64,000 nucleotides of DNA from Squalus acanthias (Eukaryota). This document shows positions 1-13,778 of the stretch, piece by piece. The stretch covers positions 187,116,001 through 187,180,000 of the forward strand of contig CM059427.1 of the NCBI GenBank assembly GCA_030390025.1. The letters run 5' to 3'. Position 1 is the stretch's first letter; every line of letters begins with the position of its first letter. The notes below the pieces were generated by a model. It was not told where the DNA came from, did not search any database, and saw only the letters and a list, made by a program, of their open reading frames with translations. A program made the translations under genes and the position numbers.

Positions 1-794
1 TGGCCTTACTCACCTAGGGTCTTCCGAGATCAATTCTTACCTCAACCTGAGCAGGAGTAGTGTGTGAGGCAACTGCGCTTTACGAAGGAGGTGCTCACAG
101 AACTCTGCCACCTCTTGTAACCAGACCTGCAGAGTTACACCAGGGTACAGACAGTGCTGCCAGTGCCTGTGAAGGTGGCAGTGGCCCTGAATTTCTTTGC
201 TTCACGATCCTTCCAGGCTGGAACAGATGACATCTGTAAAATCTCCAATTTCTCTATCCACTGCTGCATAAGAGAGGTGACAGACACTCTTTATTCCAGG
301 AGAGGGACTTGATTGTCTTCTCTCTGACCATAGAGAAGCAGGCGGAGCGTGCACGTGGCTTTGCCAGGATAGCGGGCTTCCCCATGGATCTGGGCACCAT
401 CAACTGCACGCACATGGCTTTGCAAGCGCCGCATCTAAATGCTGAGATTTACCACAACCGCAAAGGTTACCACTTGCTGAATGTGCAGTTGGTGTGCGAC
501 CATGCTCAGCACATCATGATGGTGAATGCCTGGTATTCTTTCAAAATTCATGATACTTTTATTCTGTGCCAGATCGCTGTTCCCTCAGCCTTTGAGCTAC
601 CAAGACAAACCAGAGGGTGGCTACTGCGCGACAAGGGATATCCGCTGACTACCTGGCTCATGACTTCACTTCGCAACCCAACAAGACGTGGGTAGCAAGT
701 GCACAATGAGAGCCATGCTGCCACATGGAATCTGATAGAGCAGACCATTGGCATCCTTAAATAACACTTCCACTGCCTGGACCACTCTAGAGGA
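1..794 (+). pseudogene. Harbinger/PIF DDE transposase (HARBI1-like), 5' part, inactivated
   Basis: Motifs GFPMDLGTINCTH (family G-x-IDCTH, with the catalytic D changed to N), NRKGYH-LNVQLVCD, WLLRDKGYPL and IEQTIG. In-frame stops are present. Interrupted by a CR1 at ~795. Confidence 0.9.
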
Positions 795-3700
795 AACATA
801 GAAACATAGAAGATAGGAGCAGTAGTAGGCCATTCGGCCCCTCGAGCCTGCTCCGCCATTCAATGAGATCAGGGCTGATCATCCAAATTCAGTACCCTGT
901 CCCTGCTTTCTCCCCATATCCCTTGATCCCTTTAGCCTTAAGAAATATATATATATATCTCCTTCTTGAATATATTTAATGAATTGGCCTCAACTGCCTT
1001 CTGTGGTAGAGAATTCCACAGGTTCACCACTCTCTGGGTGAAGAAATTCCTCCTCATCTCAGTCCTAAATGGCTTACCCCTTATCCTTAGACTGTGACCC
1101 CTGGTTCTGGACTCACCCGCCATCGTGAACATCCTTCCTGCATCTAGTCTGTCTAGTCCTGTTAGAATTTTATAAGTTTCAATGAGATCCCCTCTCATTC
1201 TTCTATACTCTAGCTAATATAAGCCCAATCGTCCCAATCTCTCTTCATACCTCATTCCTGCCATCCCAGGTATCAGTCTGGTGAATCTTTGCTGCACTCC
1301 CTCCATGGCAAGAACATCCTTCCTCAGATAAGGCGACCAAAACTGCACACAATACTCATATATTAATGATTTGGACGAAGGGATTAATTGTTTTATCTTC
1401 CAAATTTGCGGATGACACTAAATTGGGAGGCAGTGTGAACAATGAGGAGGATGCTAGGAGGCTACAGAGTGACTTGGACAGGTTGGGTGAATGGGCAAAT
1501 GTATGGCAGATGAAGTACAATGTGGATAAATGTGAGGTTATCCACTTTGTTGGTAAAAATAGGGAGGCAGACTATTACCTGAATGGTGGCAGATTAGGGA
1601 AAGGGGAGGTGCAACGAGACCTGGGCGTCATGGTACATCAGTCACTGAAGGTGGGAAGGCAAGTGCAGCAGGCAGTCAAGAAAGCAAATGGCATGATGGC
1701 CTTCATAGTAAGGGGATTTGAGTACAGGAGTAGGGAGGTGATGCTACAGTTGTACAGGGCCTTGGTGAGGCCCCACCTGGAGTATTGTGTGCAGTTTTGG
1801 TCTCCTAACTTGAGGAAGGACATTCTTGCTATTGAGGGAGTGCAACAAAGGTTCACTAGATTGATTCCTGGGATGGCCAGACTGACATATCAAGAAAGAC
1901 TGGATCAACTGAACTTGTATCCTCTGGAGTTCAGAAGAATGAGGGGGGATCTTATAGAGACGTTTAAAATCCTGACTGGTTTAGACAAATTAGATGCGGG
2001 CAGAATGTTTCCAATGTTAGGGAAAACTAAAACCAGGGGTCACAGTCTAAGGATAAAGGGGAAGCCATTTAAGACTGAGATGAGGAGGAACTTCTTCACC
2101 CAGAGAGTGGTGAATCTGTGGAATTCTCTACCACAGAAGGTTGTTGAGGCCAGTTCGCTAAATATATTCAAAAGGGAGTTAGATATAATACTCACAACTA
2201 GGGGGATCAAGGGGTATGGCGAGAAAGCAGGAATGGGGTACTGAGGTAGCATGTTCTGCCATGAACGCATTGAATGGCGGTGCAGGCTCAAAGGACCGCA
2301 TGGTCTACTCCTGCACCTATTTTCTATGTTTCTATGTTTCAAGGTGTGGTCTCACCAAGGCCCTGTACAACTGCAGCAAGACATCCTTTTTCCTGTACTC
2401 GAATCCTCTCGCTATGAAGGCCAACATACCATTTGCCTTCTTAACTGCCTGCTGCACCTGCATGCTTACCTTCAATGACTGGTGCACAAGGACTCCCAGG
2501 TCTCGTTGCACTTCCCCTTTTCCCAATCTATTGCCGTTCAGATAATAATCTGCCTTCCTGTTTTTGCCGCCAAAGTGGATAACCTCGCATTTATCCACAT
2601 TATACTGCATCTGCCATGCATCTGCCCAATCACCCAACTTGTCCAAATCATTCTGGAGTTTCTCTGCATCCTCCTCACAGCACACACGCCCACCCAGCTT
2701 TGTGTCATCTGCAAACTTGGAGATATTACATCTAGTTCCCTCGTCTAGATCATTAATATATATCTTGTGAATAACTGGGGTCCTAGCACCGATCCCTGCG
2801 GTACCCCACTAGTCACTGCCTGCCACTCGGAAAAAGACCCATTTATTCCAACTCTTTGCTTCCTGTCTGCCAACCAGTTCTCTATCCAATCCCATGTGCT
2901 TTAACTTTGCACGCCAATCTCTTATGCAGGACCTTATCGAAAGCCTTCTGAAAGTCCAAATACACCACATCCACTGGTTCTCCCTTATCTATTCTACCAG
3001 TTACATCCTCAAAAAATTCCTGTAGATTAGTCAAGCATGATTTACCTTTTGTAAATCCATGTTGACTTTGTCCGATCCTGTCACTGTTTTCCAAGTGGTC
3101 TGCTATTACATCTTTTATAATGAACTCTAGCATTTTCCCCACTACCGATGTCAGGCTTACCGGTCTATAATTCCCCGTTTTCTCTCTCCCACCGTTTTTA
3201 AATAGTGGGGTTACATTAGCTACCCTCCAATCCATGGGAACTGTTCCAGTGTCTATAGAATTTTGGATGAGCAATGCATCTACTATCTCTAGGGCCACTT
3301 CCTTAAGTACCCTAGGATGTAGATTATATGGGGATTTATTGGCCTCCAATCCCGTCAATTTCCCGAACACCATTTCCCTACAAATAATGATTTCATTCAG
3401 TTCTTCCCTCTCATTAGACCCTATGTTCCCCAACATCTCTGGGAGGTTATTTGTGTCCTCCTTTGTGAAGACAGAACCAAAGTATGTATTTAATTGGTCA
3501 GCCATTTCTTTGTTCCCCATTATAAATTTCCCTGATTCTGACTGCAAGGGACCTACGCTTGACTTCAACAATCTTTTTCTCTTCACATATCTATAGAAGC
3601 TTTTACAGTCAGTTTTTATGTTCCCTGCAAGCTTACTCTCATGCTCTATTCTCCCCCTTTTAATTAATCCCTTTGTCCTCCTTTGCAACATCCTAAACTA

Positions 3701-4194
3701 TTCCCAATCCTCAGGTTTGCTGCTTTTTCTGGCCAATTTATATGTCCTCTCCTTGGATCTTATGCTAAATCTAATTTCCCATGTTAGCCACAGTTGGGTC
3801 ACCTTTTTTGTTTTATTTTTATGCCAAGCAGGGATGAACAAATTCTGTAGTTCATCCATGCAATCTTTAAATGTTGGCCATTGCCTATCCACCGTCAACC
3901 CTTTAAGTAACATTCCCCAATCCATCCTAGCCAATTTGCGCCTCATACCATCGTAGTTTCCTTTATTTAAATTCAGGACCCTAGTCTCTGAGTCAACTAC
4001 TTCACTCTCCATCTTAATGAAGAATTCTATCATATTATTATTGCTCCTCCCCAAGGGGCCTCACACAACAAGATTGCTAATTAATCCTTTCTCATTACAT
4101 AATATCCAGTCTAAGATGGCCTGATCTCTAGTTGGATCCTCCACATATTGGTCCAGGAAACCATCCCATATACACTCTTGGAATTCCTCCACCA
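795..4194 (-). mobile_element. CR1 LINE, 5'-truncated, interrupted at 1358-2340
   Basis: RT/ORF2 fragments ([34 protein letters not shown]). 3' microsatellite tail (TCTATGTT)n at ~795-812. Confidence 0.95.
1358..2340 (+). mobile_element. CR1 LINE 3' fragment nested in the previous CR1
   Basis: ORF 1366-2244 is the RT C-terminus, with tail tttctatgtttctatgtttc. The host sequence aatactc|aaggtgtggt rejoins across it. Confidence 0.95.
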
Positions 4195-4625
4195 CAGCCT
4201 TTGAGCTACCAAGACAAACCAGAGGGTGGCTACTGCGCGACAAGGGTTATCCGCTGACTACCTGGCTCATGACTTCACTTCACAACCCAACAAGACGTGG
4301 GTAGCAAGTGTACAATGAGAGCCATGCTGCCACATGGAATCTGATAGAGCAGACCATTGGCGTCCTTAAATAACACTTCCACTGCCTGGACCGCTCTGCA
4401 GGAGCCCTGCAGTACTCACCAGAATGCGTATTAAAATTGGCCGTGGTCTGCTGCATGCTCCACAACATTGTCATCATGAGGGCACAGCCCTTGCCACCAG
4501 GCATTCGGCAACCAGCTGAGGAGGAGGAGGAGGAGGAGGAAGCAGAAGGGAGGAGGCAACCCAGACAGCCCCTTTCGGCCCTGTCCGTGATCGACTCATC
4601 CAACTGCGATACGAGTGAGTGCAAC
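4195..4625 (+). pseudogene. Harbinger transposase 3' part (resumes after CR1)
   Basis: Repeats 586-794, then continues LQYSPE...VVCCMLHNI and an acidic E-run, the typical C-terminus of Harbinger transposases. Confidence 0.88.
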
Positions 4626-4789
4626 CCCAATTCCCCATTCAACAATAGTCCCACACCTTACCTTCCCTCTGTTACTGACCATCACAGCGTCCTCTTGGCC
4701 ACAATGCTGAAATAAGAGCCAGCACAAAAGAAACATTCCAATCCAACATTATCCATCAATCCATCCAATATAACCTAACAAAGTCAGCT

Positions 4790-6210
4790 CGTCACTCTTG
4801 TGCATTCGCTTAGTGCCTGTCTTCAGTGTGCCTTTGCCTGTCCGAGTGCTCCTATGAAGCGCTACCCCAGTGGCTGCAGCATGGCTAGTGGAAGGCTGCT
4901 AACTTTCAGTGGGAGCGACTGCAGATGGCCTTTCAGTACGATCTTGAGCAGCTCTGGGCCTAGAGACTGCACCGCCTTGGCATAGGCGGCAGCAGTCTGG
5001 GCTGGCTGGCTGACAGGCAAGGGCATTGGCGGAGTAGCAGTGGCAGGAGGATGAATGATGTCATCCAGAGAGAGGACAGCAGGTTCATCCAACACGGAGC
5101 CACTGCCACTCCCCCGGGCGGCACCTTAGCATTCCTAGCCATCTGTTGGAGGATAGATTGCTGGATTGCTGTGAAACCCTGCAAGCCCCTTCCCACACTG
5201 GTAAACCCAGCCACAATGGCAGCTGTCTGAGCTTGCGTGGCAGGAAGCTGAGCCTGCATGAGAGCAGTCTGAGCTTGCATGACTTCAGTCAGAGCTTCCA
5301 CTGCAGCACTCAGACGTTGGGTGGCTTGTGCTTGTGCTGCAATGGAAACTGAGACATCAGCAATCAGAAGTTGCATGATGGTTGGGTCCACAAGTGCGCT
5401 AATGGATCTGCTCAGCCCTTCATGCAGGAACGGATGGGCTCCAAGATCGGCGCAAAGGCCTGTGCAAGGTCCACGCTGGACTCTTCCATGCTCCTTGACA
5501 TTGCACTCAGACTTTCTGACAGGCCTGCCAATACACCAAGCATTTTGTTGTGCATATAATCATCAGCGTTCTTCTGTAGGCTGGCTCATCAAATTCCTCA
5601 TCTGAGTCCGCTGTAGCAGAACTCATGTGCGACCTCGGCCTCCGGGGAGCTAGTACCTGTGCTACCCTTTCCCCTGGCCTGGCTGCAGCCCACAGGTATC
5701 AGAGACTCACCATATGCAGATCCCACCTCTAAGCTACCCTCTAAACTGCGCGCAATGCCAGTATCTGAGCTGGTGGCTGCGACTGTCAGATCAAGCGACG
5801 GTGTTTCTTCTTCTTCATTACTCTCCTCTCCCTCTTCTTCTACAACCACTGGCTGGGTAGGTTGAATTTCTTGGGTATGTGAATTGAGAAAGGCACAATG
5901 TTAGGATTGTGATGAGGGGAGGCAGGGGTGGGGGGGCGGGGAAAGCAAGAGGTGCATGCTCACACCATGTGCAGCTTGTAAATCAGAGGAGATTGTGGGT
6001 TAAGGGGGAAGTGGGATGTGAGAAGGAATATAACCTATGAGGATATGGCATCTTCTATTCCTTCAGCCCCACTGCTGGCCATGGGCTCAGACATGCCCCT
6101 CCCAAGAATGGCCGGCACCGTCTCCTCCATGGGGGTGAAGTGATGCAGGCGAGCCTGTCCCCTGCTGGTTAGGTTCTGCTGGCCCGGGTTATGCGCCACC
6201 TTTTCCTGCA
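4790..6210 (-). pseudogene. Second Harbinger gene (Myb/SANT-like DNA-binding protein), convergent, degraded, spliced
   Basis: On the minus strand, ttgcAG|EKVAHN...TSRGQARLHHFTPMEE (6205-6040) is followed by acidic, coiled-coil and Pro-rich segments (5870-4860). This matches the layout of the Harbinger accessory ORF. I could not see the Myb domain itself. Confidence 0.6.
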
Positions 6211-7412
6211 AGAGAAAGGGAAGTTTGTCAGTGAGTGTGGTGCAATGAGTTTGTGTGATGTGCTTGTCATGGTTGAATAGTTGACAGTGTGTACAAGGTG
6301 TGAAATGTGGCTGTGAGGCTTGCAGCAGTGGTGTGTGAGGTGGAGATGGAGTATGTGAATGTAAGGTATGAGTCCTGATTGATAGAGATTGTTGGTAGGT
6401 GAGTGATGGGGGTGTGGTAAATTGAGCAGTGTGTGAGGCTAGTGGTGCAGTTTGTGGGATTATGGCATTTGAAGATGATATTTTGGCCACTATGATACTC
6501 CAATCCTGAAATGTTGTAGCGGCCAAAATATGATCGTGACTGTACTGGGACTGGACCATTGCTCCTGAGGTGTTGGCCCAAACTGCACCAGAATGAGTTG
6601 ACCGTAATAGAAAGTCAACTCATTTACATTTGTTAGTGGCACTCATGGTACATAGTGCGTGGTACACGTGGAGTGTCACACGGGTCGGGCACCAGAGTGT
6701 TGGGCGCCAGCAGCTAATGGATGCCACCATTATTTTGGCCTGACATTGGAATTAAAGTCCCTGTTGAAGATTTGATTCTTAATTGTCATGTTGTAGGTGG
6801 GACTGAAAGTCAGGGTGGGCATTTTTAGAACAAGCCTCTCCTGAAGTGCCATTCCTCATGGACGCTCAATGATTGGAGCTCTGCTCAGGAGCATTTTGGG
6901 AGCCCACTCATTTCAATAACGTAATGACTGTTGATGTGGATTTTGTGCACAGGCTCCCAGTGCGTGTGTTGGGTGGTCTTACTGAAGTGTGCGAGGCACA
7001 TTGAGAACAGAGTGGGACTGGAGCCTTCTCCATGTCTGATAATATGGGCGCTACATTTCCATCACACCCTCCTCTGGTGAGATTCCATCACCTGTCCATT
7101 GTGGTGTCGGCTTCCACAAATGTCATCCAATCTATGTAACCTTAACCTGACCCCGGATACTCCAGCAGGGTCAGGGGTAAAGGTCATCGGCCGCACTCTG
7201 GCTCACTTACGCTGGCAGAGCTGGACCGAGAATTTTCAGGCTCACTGTGTTATTCTACTGTTAAAATGCACTTGTGTGTAATCTGGCCTGACTCTTTAAT
7301 ACAGCAAGATACAAGTGCTGATGATGGGCACATCCTATGGTCAGTTAGAACCTAATTGTTGGATTGTACATGTCACTACTTACACTAAATTTTATTGATC
7401 TGTTTTTCACAG

Positions 7413-7682
7413 TTGAGTCAAGTCCACAGAGGCCTTTGGTGGGCAGTGACGTTACACTCAGCTGTACCATCTCCAAACTCTCAGATACAGTCAGTCTTCA
7501 TTGGAAACAGAGAGACTCATCTCAGCAGAACAGGAGGAACACTGATCAGATCCGACTAAATAACACATTCTATCTGATAGTCAAACATGTTGCAGTAGAG
7601 GATAAGGAGTTGTACGCGTGTGAAGTGCAGGAAAATGGATCCATTATTCTCACAGGAAAAGCAGATTTTTATGTGGATCAAT
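7413..7682 (+). CDS. IgSF receptor exon A: C2/I-type Ig domain
   Basis: Acceptor tgtttttcacAG (7411-12), donor GTAAGT (7683), 270 nt, phase 1-1. Reads VESSPQRPLVGSDVTLSC...LHW...EDKELYAC...FYVDQ, with B-strand Cys, C-strand Trp and F-strand YxC. Confidence 0.9.
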
Positions 7683-8626
7683 GTAAGTGCAGTTACCTCA
7701 CAGTAGATATTAAAGAGTTACTGATATAAAACTGTTACATATAAAGTGGAATCATACATGTCAACCATCAGCACGTCATGCTTACAGTCATGCGGTCTGC
7801 ACAGAGCGGGATTAAGCGGAGTGGACTTGAACAGAGTGCTTTGGTCGGGAATTTGGAAAGAGTGGGAATTCGGAGAAGAGAGGGAAGGAGTTGTTGCTTT
7901 TCGCCTACAGTACTTGTAGTGCTTTGTGTTGCAGGTAGATATTTAATTTCAGTATCCTTAACTTAATCTAGATCAATTAAGTAGTCAGGAAACGACACTG
8001 TAAACTAAGTTACCCAATTACAAATTTAAAAAATGTAATTAAATAAATCAAGGTCATATAGGGATGGCAGTGCAGGCAATGTGCCAGCAACTGCAGCATG
8101 TGGGAGTTTGTGGAGAGCATTGTGATCCGGGACAACCATGTTTGCAGTAAGTGCCTGAACCTTGAGGAACTTCAGCTCAGAGTTGTTGAGCTGGAGACTG
8201 AGGTGCGGACATTGCGGGGCATCAGGGATGGGGAGAGTTACCTGGACACTTTGATTCAGGAGGCTGTCACACCCCTTAGGTTAGGTAGTGGTACAGGTCT
8301 GGTTAGTGGTCAGGGACAGGAGGGTGTGACTGCAACTCAGGCAGGTAAGGGGACCCCAGGTGCAGTGCTGGAGGAGCCTCAGCCTTTGCCCTTGTCCAAC
8401 AGGTATGAGGTTCTTGCTGCCAGTGTGGATGAGGGAAAAGCCTGTAGGATGTATGAGCAGGCTAACCATGGCACTATGGTGCAGAAGGCCATTCAAGTGG
8501 GGGGTGGTGAAAGGGAATGTAGTTGTGGTAATGGACAGTATAGTCAGGGGGATAGATACTGTTCTCTGCGGCTGTGACCAAGAGTTCCGAAGGTTGTGTT
8601 ACCTGCCTGGTGCCAGGGTTAAAGAC

Positions 8627-11600
8627 CTGAGACCGGAAGGAGCGGACCTGGAGGAAGCACAGCGAGAGTGGCAGCAACTCAACAGAGGCAGTTTTTGAAA
8701 AAGTGACGTCAGAGTAAAAAACGTGACATCGGCACAAGGGAAGGAGCTGATTGGTGAGTAGCTGGTGACTGTTTTTATTTAAGTTTTAAGTTTATTTCTG
8801 CTAAGTTAGTTAATAGCCTATTAAATAAAGGGAAAAAGCTGATTGGTGAGTTGCTGGGGAGTGCTTTTTGTTAAGTTTTAAGTTTATTTCTGCTGGGTTA
8901 GTTCTTAGTCTATTAAATGGAGGCATGGCAGGGCAGCTCAGTCCCGTGGAGCGCACATCCTGTGCCATGTCAGAATTCCTGGACGCTTCGCTCAGCCTTG
9001 ATGACCACATGTGCGGGAAGTATCGGCAGCTACAGTAACTCGAGCTCCGGGTTTCGGAGCTTGTGCGGCGGCTGGAGTCACTGAGAGTTACGTGAAATAG
9101 CACGTTTCGGGAGGTGGTCACCAAGCAGCTTAACAGTATGCAGGCAGGGAGGGAATGGGTGACCGCCAGACAGAAGAGGAGGACCAGGCAGGTAGTGCAG
9201 GAGTCCCTGGAGTGCATCACGCTCTTCAACCAGTATTCTGTTCTGAGTACTGGTGACGACGATGGTTCCTCTGGAGAGTGCAGCCAGAATCAAGTCCACG
9301 GCACCACAGGTGGCTCAGCTGCACAGGGCGGGGGAAGAAAAAGAGTGGAAGAGTAATAGTGGTAGGGAATTCGATAGTTAGGGGAGCAGACAGGTGTTTC
9401 TGCGGCCGTAGTCGTGACTCCAGGATGGTATGTTGCCTCCCTGGTGCCAGGGTCAAGGATAGCACTGAGTGGATGCAGGACACTCTGAGGGGGGAGGGTG
9501 AACAGCCAGAGGTCGTTGTCCATATCAGTACCAACAACATAGGCAGAAAGAGGGATGAGGTCCTGCAGGCAGAGTTTAGGGAGCTAGCAGAGAGATTAAA
9601 AAGCAGGACCTCAAAGGTAGTAATCTCCAGATTACTCCCGGTGACACATGCTAGTGAGTACAGGAATAGGAGGATAGAACAGGTGACTGCGTGGCTGGAG
9701 AGAATGTGCAGGAGGGAGGGCTTTAGATTCTTGAGGCATTGGGACCGTTTCTGGGACCTGTACAAGCTGGTCGGGTTACACCTCAACAGAGCTGGGACCA
9801 ATATTCTCGTGAGGAGGTTTGTTAGTTGGGGAGGATTTAAACTAACTTGGCAGGGGGATGGGCATCAGCATATAGGAGTAGAAAAGAGGAATTAAGTGCA
9901 TAAAGGAGTGAGTGTATTGGATAGTACTAGAGAAGATAGTACTAGAGGCGGTAATAGTACCATATTAGATAGGAGCAGACTAAGAAAGACTACGAAAAAT
10001 TCAAAAATGGGTTTAGAATGCATGTATGTAAATGCACAAAGTGTGGTGAATAAGGTTGGTGAGCTATAAGCACAATTAGCTGTGTAGCAATATGATGTTG
10101 TGGCAATAACAGAAACGTGGCTTAAAAATGGTAAGGACTGGGCACTTAATATTCAAGGGTACAAGATGTTCAGATAAGATAGGGAAGGAAAAAAGGGAGT
10201 TGGGGTGGCAGTGCTGATTAAGGAAGATATTGTAGTGTTCGAAAGGGAGGATGTTCTTGAGGGGACAAAGACAGAATTCATTTGGTTAGAGTTGAGGAGC
10301 AAAAAGGGTATGATCACGGTATTGGGGGTATTCTATAGGCCTCCAAATAGTGAGAGGGAGGTAGAGGAGCAAATCTGCAGGGAAATCGCAGAGATAGGCA
10401 AGAGCTATAGAGTGGTGATATTGGGGGACTTTAATTACCCAAATATTGATTGGGATAATGCTAGAGTAAAGGGAAAGGAGGGGGAGGAATTTCTGAAATG
10501 TGTTCAGGAGAATTTCATTGACCAGTATGTTCTTGGCCCAACTAGGAAGGAGGCATTGCTGGATCTGGTGCTGGGGAATGAGGTGGGCCAGGTCGACCAA
10601 GTGTCTGTGGGAGAACAATTGGGTACGAGTGATCATCGTATCATAAGATTTAGATTAGCAATGGAGAGGAGAACGGAACAATCTAGAGTGGAACTTCTAA
10701 ACTGGAATAGGGCTAACTTCAATGGGATGCGAAAGGATCTAGCCAGGGTAAAATGGAACCAAAGACTGGCAGGAAAAGCTGTAACGGAACAATGGGTGAT
10801 TTTTAAGGAGGGGATGTTCCAAGTACAGGCTAGGTACATTCGAACAAGAGGGAAGGGTAAGGGAACCAAAGCAAGGGCTCCTTGGATGACGAGGGAGATA
10901 GAGAAGATGATGAAACAAAAAAAGAGGATGTATGATGAATGTCAGGTGAATTCTTCAAGGGAGAACTCGACCAAATACAATAAGTTGAGAGGGGATGTGA
11001 AGATGAAAGTAAGATTGGCAAAGAGAGAATATGAGAGTAGAATGGCGGTTAACATAAAAGGGAACCCAAAAATCTTCTACCAGCATGTAAACAGTAAGCG
11101 GGTAGTAAGAGCTGGGGTGGGGCCTATTGGAGACAAAGAAGGTGATATATGCTTAGAGGCACAGGGCAAGGCTAGAATACTCAATGAGTACTTTGCATCG
11201 GTGTTTACTAAGGAGATGGAAGCTCACAAAACATCGGTAGAAGTGGAAAAGGTAGAAGTAATGGAAGGGGTGAAAATTAATAGACCGGACGTACTAGAAA
11301 GGCTGGGTATGCTTAGAGTGGACAAGTTGCCTGGTCCAGATGGCTTGCACCCCAAATTGCTAAGGGAATTGGTGGAGGAGATAGCAGAAGGGCTTGCCAT
11401 CATTTTCCAATCTTCCCTAGATGCATGGGAGGTGCCTGAGGATTGGAAAGTGGCAAATGTGACACTATTGTTCAAGAAAGGGTGTAAGGACAATCCTAGT
11501 AACTACAGTTTAACATCAATGGTGGGTAAAGTTTTAGAAACAATAATCAAGGAAAAAATTAACGGGCATTTGGAAAGGTTTAAGCTAATTAAGGAGAGCC

Positions 11601-13778
11601 AACATGGGTTTGTAAAAGCAAGATCGTGTTTGACTAATCTAATTGAATTTTTTGATGAAGTAACAGAGAGGACTGATGAAGGGAATGCAATGGGTCTTGT
11701 CTACATGGATTTTCGGAAGGCGTTTGACAAAGTACCACATAGAAGGCTGGTTAACAAAATTGAGGCTCATGGAATAGGTGGGTCAGTGGCAGCTTTGATA
11801 AGGAATTGACTTAAGGACAGAATACAGCGAGTTGTGGTAAATGGCTGTTTTTCAGACTGGAGGATGGTAGGCAGTGGTGTTCCCCAAGGGTCAGTGCTGG
11901 GGCCACTGTATTTTTTATATATATATAAATGACCTGGATATTGAAATACAGATTAGAATTTCTAAATTTGCCGATGACACCAAACTTGGGGATGTGGCAA
12001 ACAGTGATGATGATATCAATCGACTGCAACAAGGCATAGAAAGGCTAGCAGAATGGGCTGATGGAATTTAATACAGAGAAGTGTGAGGTGATGCATTTTG
12101 GCAAGAGGAACAGGGAAAGGCAACATACACTTAATGGCACAGTTTTAAAGAGTGTGCAGGGACAGAGGGACCTGGGAGTTAATGTGCATAGGTCCCTGAA
12201 GGTGGCAGGACATATTGAGAGTGAGGTTAACAAAGCATATGGGATCTTGGGCTTCATAAATAGAGGTATTGAGTACAAAAGTAGAGAAGTTATGCTGAAC
12301 CTTTATAAAGCACTAGTTAGGCCACAACTGGAATATTGCGTCCAGTTCTGGTCACCAAACTTTAGGAAGATGTGAAGGTCCCTGAGAGGGTGCAGGGGAG
12401 ATTTACCAGAATGGTTCTGGGCATGGGGATCTTAGCTACAAGGACAGGTGGAGAAGCTGAATTTGTTTTCATTGGAGCAAAGGAGGTTGAGGGGTGATTT
12501 GATAGAGGTGTACAAGATTATGATGGGTTTGGATAGGCTAGACGGAGAAAGGCTTTTCCCACTAGTTGATGGTACAAGGACTAGGGGACACAGATTTAAG
12601 GTTTGGCCAAGAGATACAGGGGGGTTATGAGGAAAAACTTTTTTAAACAGCGAGTGGTGATGACCTGGAATTCGCTGCTGGCGGAAGTGGTGGAAGCTTA
12701 ATCTTTTCAAGGGGAGTTTGGATAGGCATTTGAGGGAAATAAACTTGCAGGGCTACGGGGATAGAGCGGGGGAATGGGACTGACTGCATTGCTCTACAGA
12801 GAACTGGCTCAGACTCGATGGGCCGAATGGCCTCCTTATGTGCCATTATGACTCTATGGGGGAAAAATTCAGTTGGTTTGTGCCTCCCGTTAGCGCCTTA
12901 AGAGGGCGCTAATGGAGTGTAAAGCAACTAGCGCCCGTGGGCCGGCGATGTTTGCGCCGCTCACGAAATTAACTAGACATTTTGCGGCGGCGCTAAACAC
13001 TACCGCCACGATCTCCTGCGCCGGCAGATCGTGACGTCAGTCGAGTGTGCAACGCCCCGGTAGTGCCCCGGACCGGATATTGAGTGGCGCCCCTGCCTTA
13101 CTGCCTGCCGCTAGCAATGACAGGTTGAGGGGAGCGTTTTGCAGTCAGGAAGGGACTGGGGGAGCGCTATTTAAAGGCAACCGCTTCGTGCCTTTTTTTG
13201 TTGGTGACATTTTTGCACCACGCATTCTGAGAGAGAGAGAGAGAGACTTCTGGAGAGATTCAACGCTGTGTGAAGGATTTTTGGGTACTGAACAGAACTT
13301 TGCAGGTTCATTTTGATTTGCCCTTCCTTGTATCGATCTAGAAGAGACTGTGGGGGCTGCACTCTGAGCTCTTTCCTGGGACTCTCCATTGTTCTTTCCA
13401 GCAGATTTGATGTACAGGTCTCTGCAGGCTGAGATTCAAGGCTGCAATGAGCAGGATGTGGATGGAGAGCAAGATCAACCCTCCCCTTTAAGAACTGGCT
13501 GGCGCCATTGTGTCTGTGTTCCATTGCTGACTGACATCACATGAGCTTCGCCAGCTCTGAGGTAGCTCTGAGGTAGCGCCTCGCTCCTCGGCCTTTGCGC
13601 CTTAAGACAGGTGTGTAGCACCTGATTTTTCTCTCTAATCACCTCCAGGGGTGATAAAAGCCAAGTTTGCAGTCGGAGGCGATAATTAGCGTCAGGCGCT
13701 AAACTTTGCGCCCGGCCGATAATTGCTCCCCAAACGGGGTGATACTGAATTTTTCCCCCTATGACTCTATGACTGTAT
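8627..13778 (+). mobile_element. Full-length CR1 LINE inserted in ORF1 of the previous CR1
   Basis: The 5' UTR has a ~92-bp tandem duplication (8743-8922). Esterase ORF1 (9278-9895), APE-RT ORF2 (10205-11809 and onward, with stops), (TATGACTC)n tail. Flanked by GAC on both sides. Confidence 0.92.
12858..13759. mobile_element. Non-autonomous Harbinger-type element (902 bp)
   Basis: Perfect 16-bp TIR GGGGGAAAAATTCAGT and 3-bp TSD TAT. Inserted in the CR1 microsatellite tail. Confidence 0.92.

Noticed and set aside
309-695. Domesticated HARBI1 gene
   Set aside because: The catalytic Asp is mutated, there are multiple stops and a CR1 interruption, and the second transposon ORF is adjacent. It is a dead transposon.
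9278-9895. SGNH/GDSL esterase ORFs (also 36108, 53810, 57898) as host enzymes
   Set aside because: This is the known esterase domain of CR1 ORF1. Each sits directly upstream of an APE-RT ORF2.
10205-11809. Active LINE (longest ORF, 534 aa)
   Set aside because: ORF2 is broken by stops and frameshifts on both sides. No CR1 in the window is intact.
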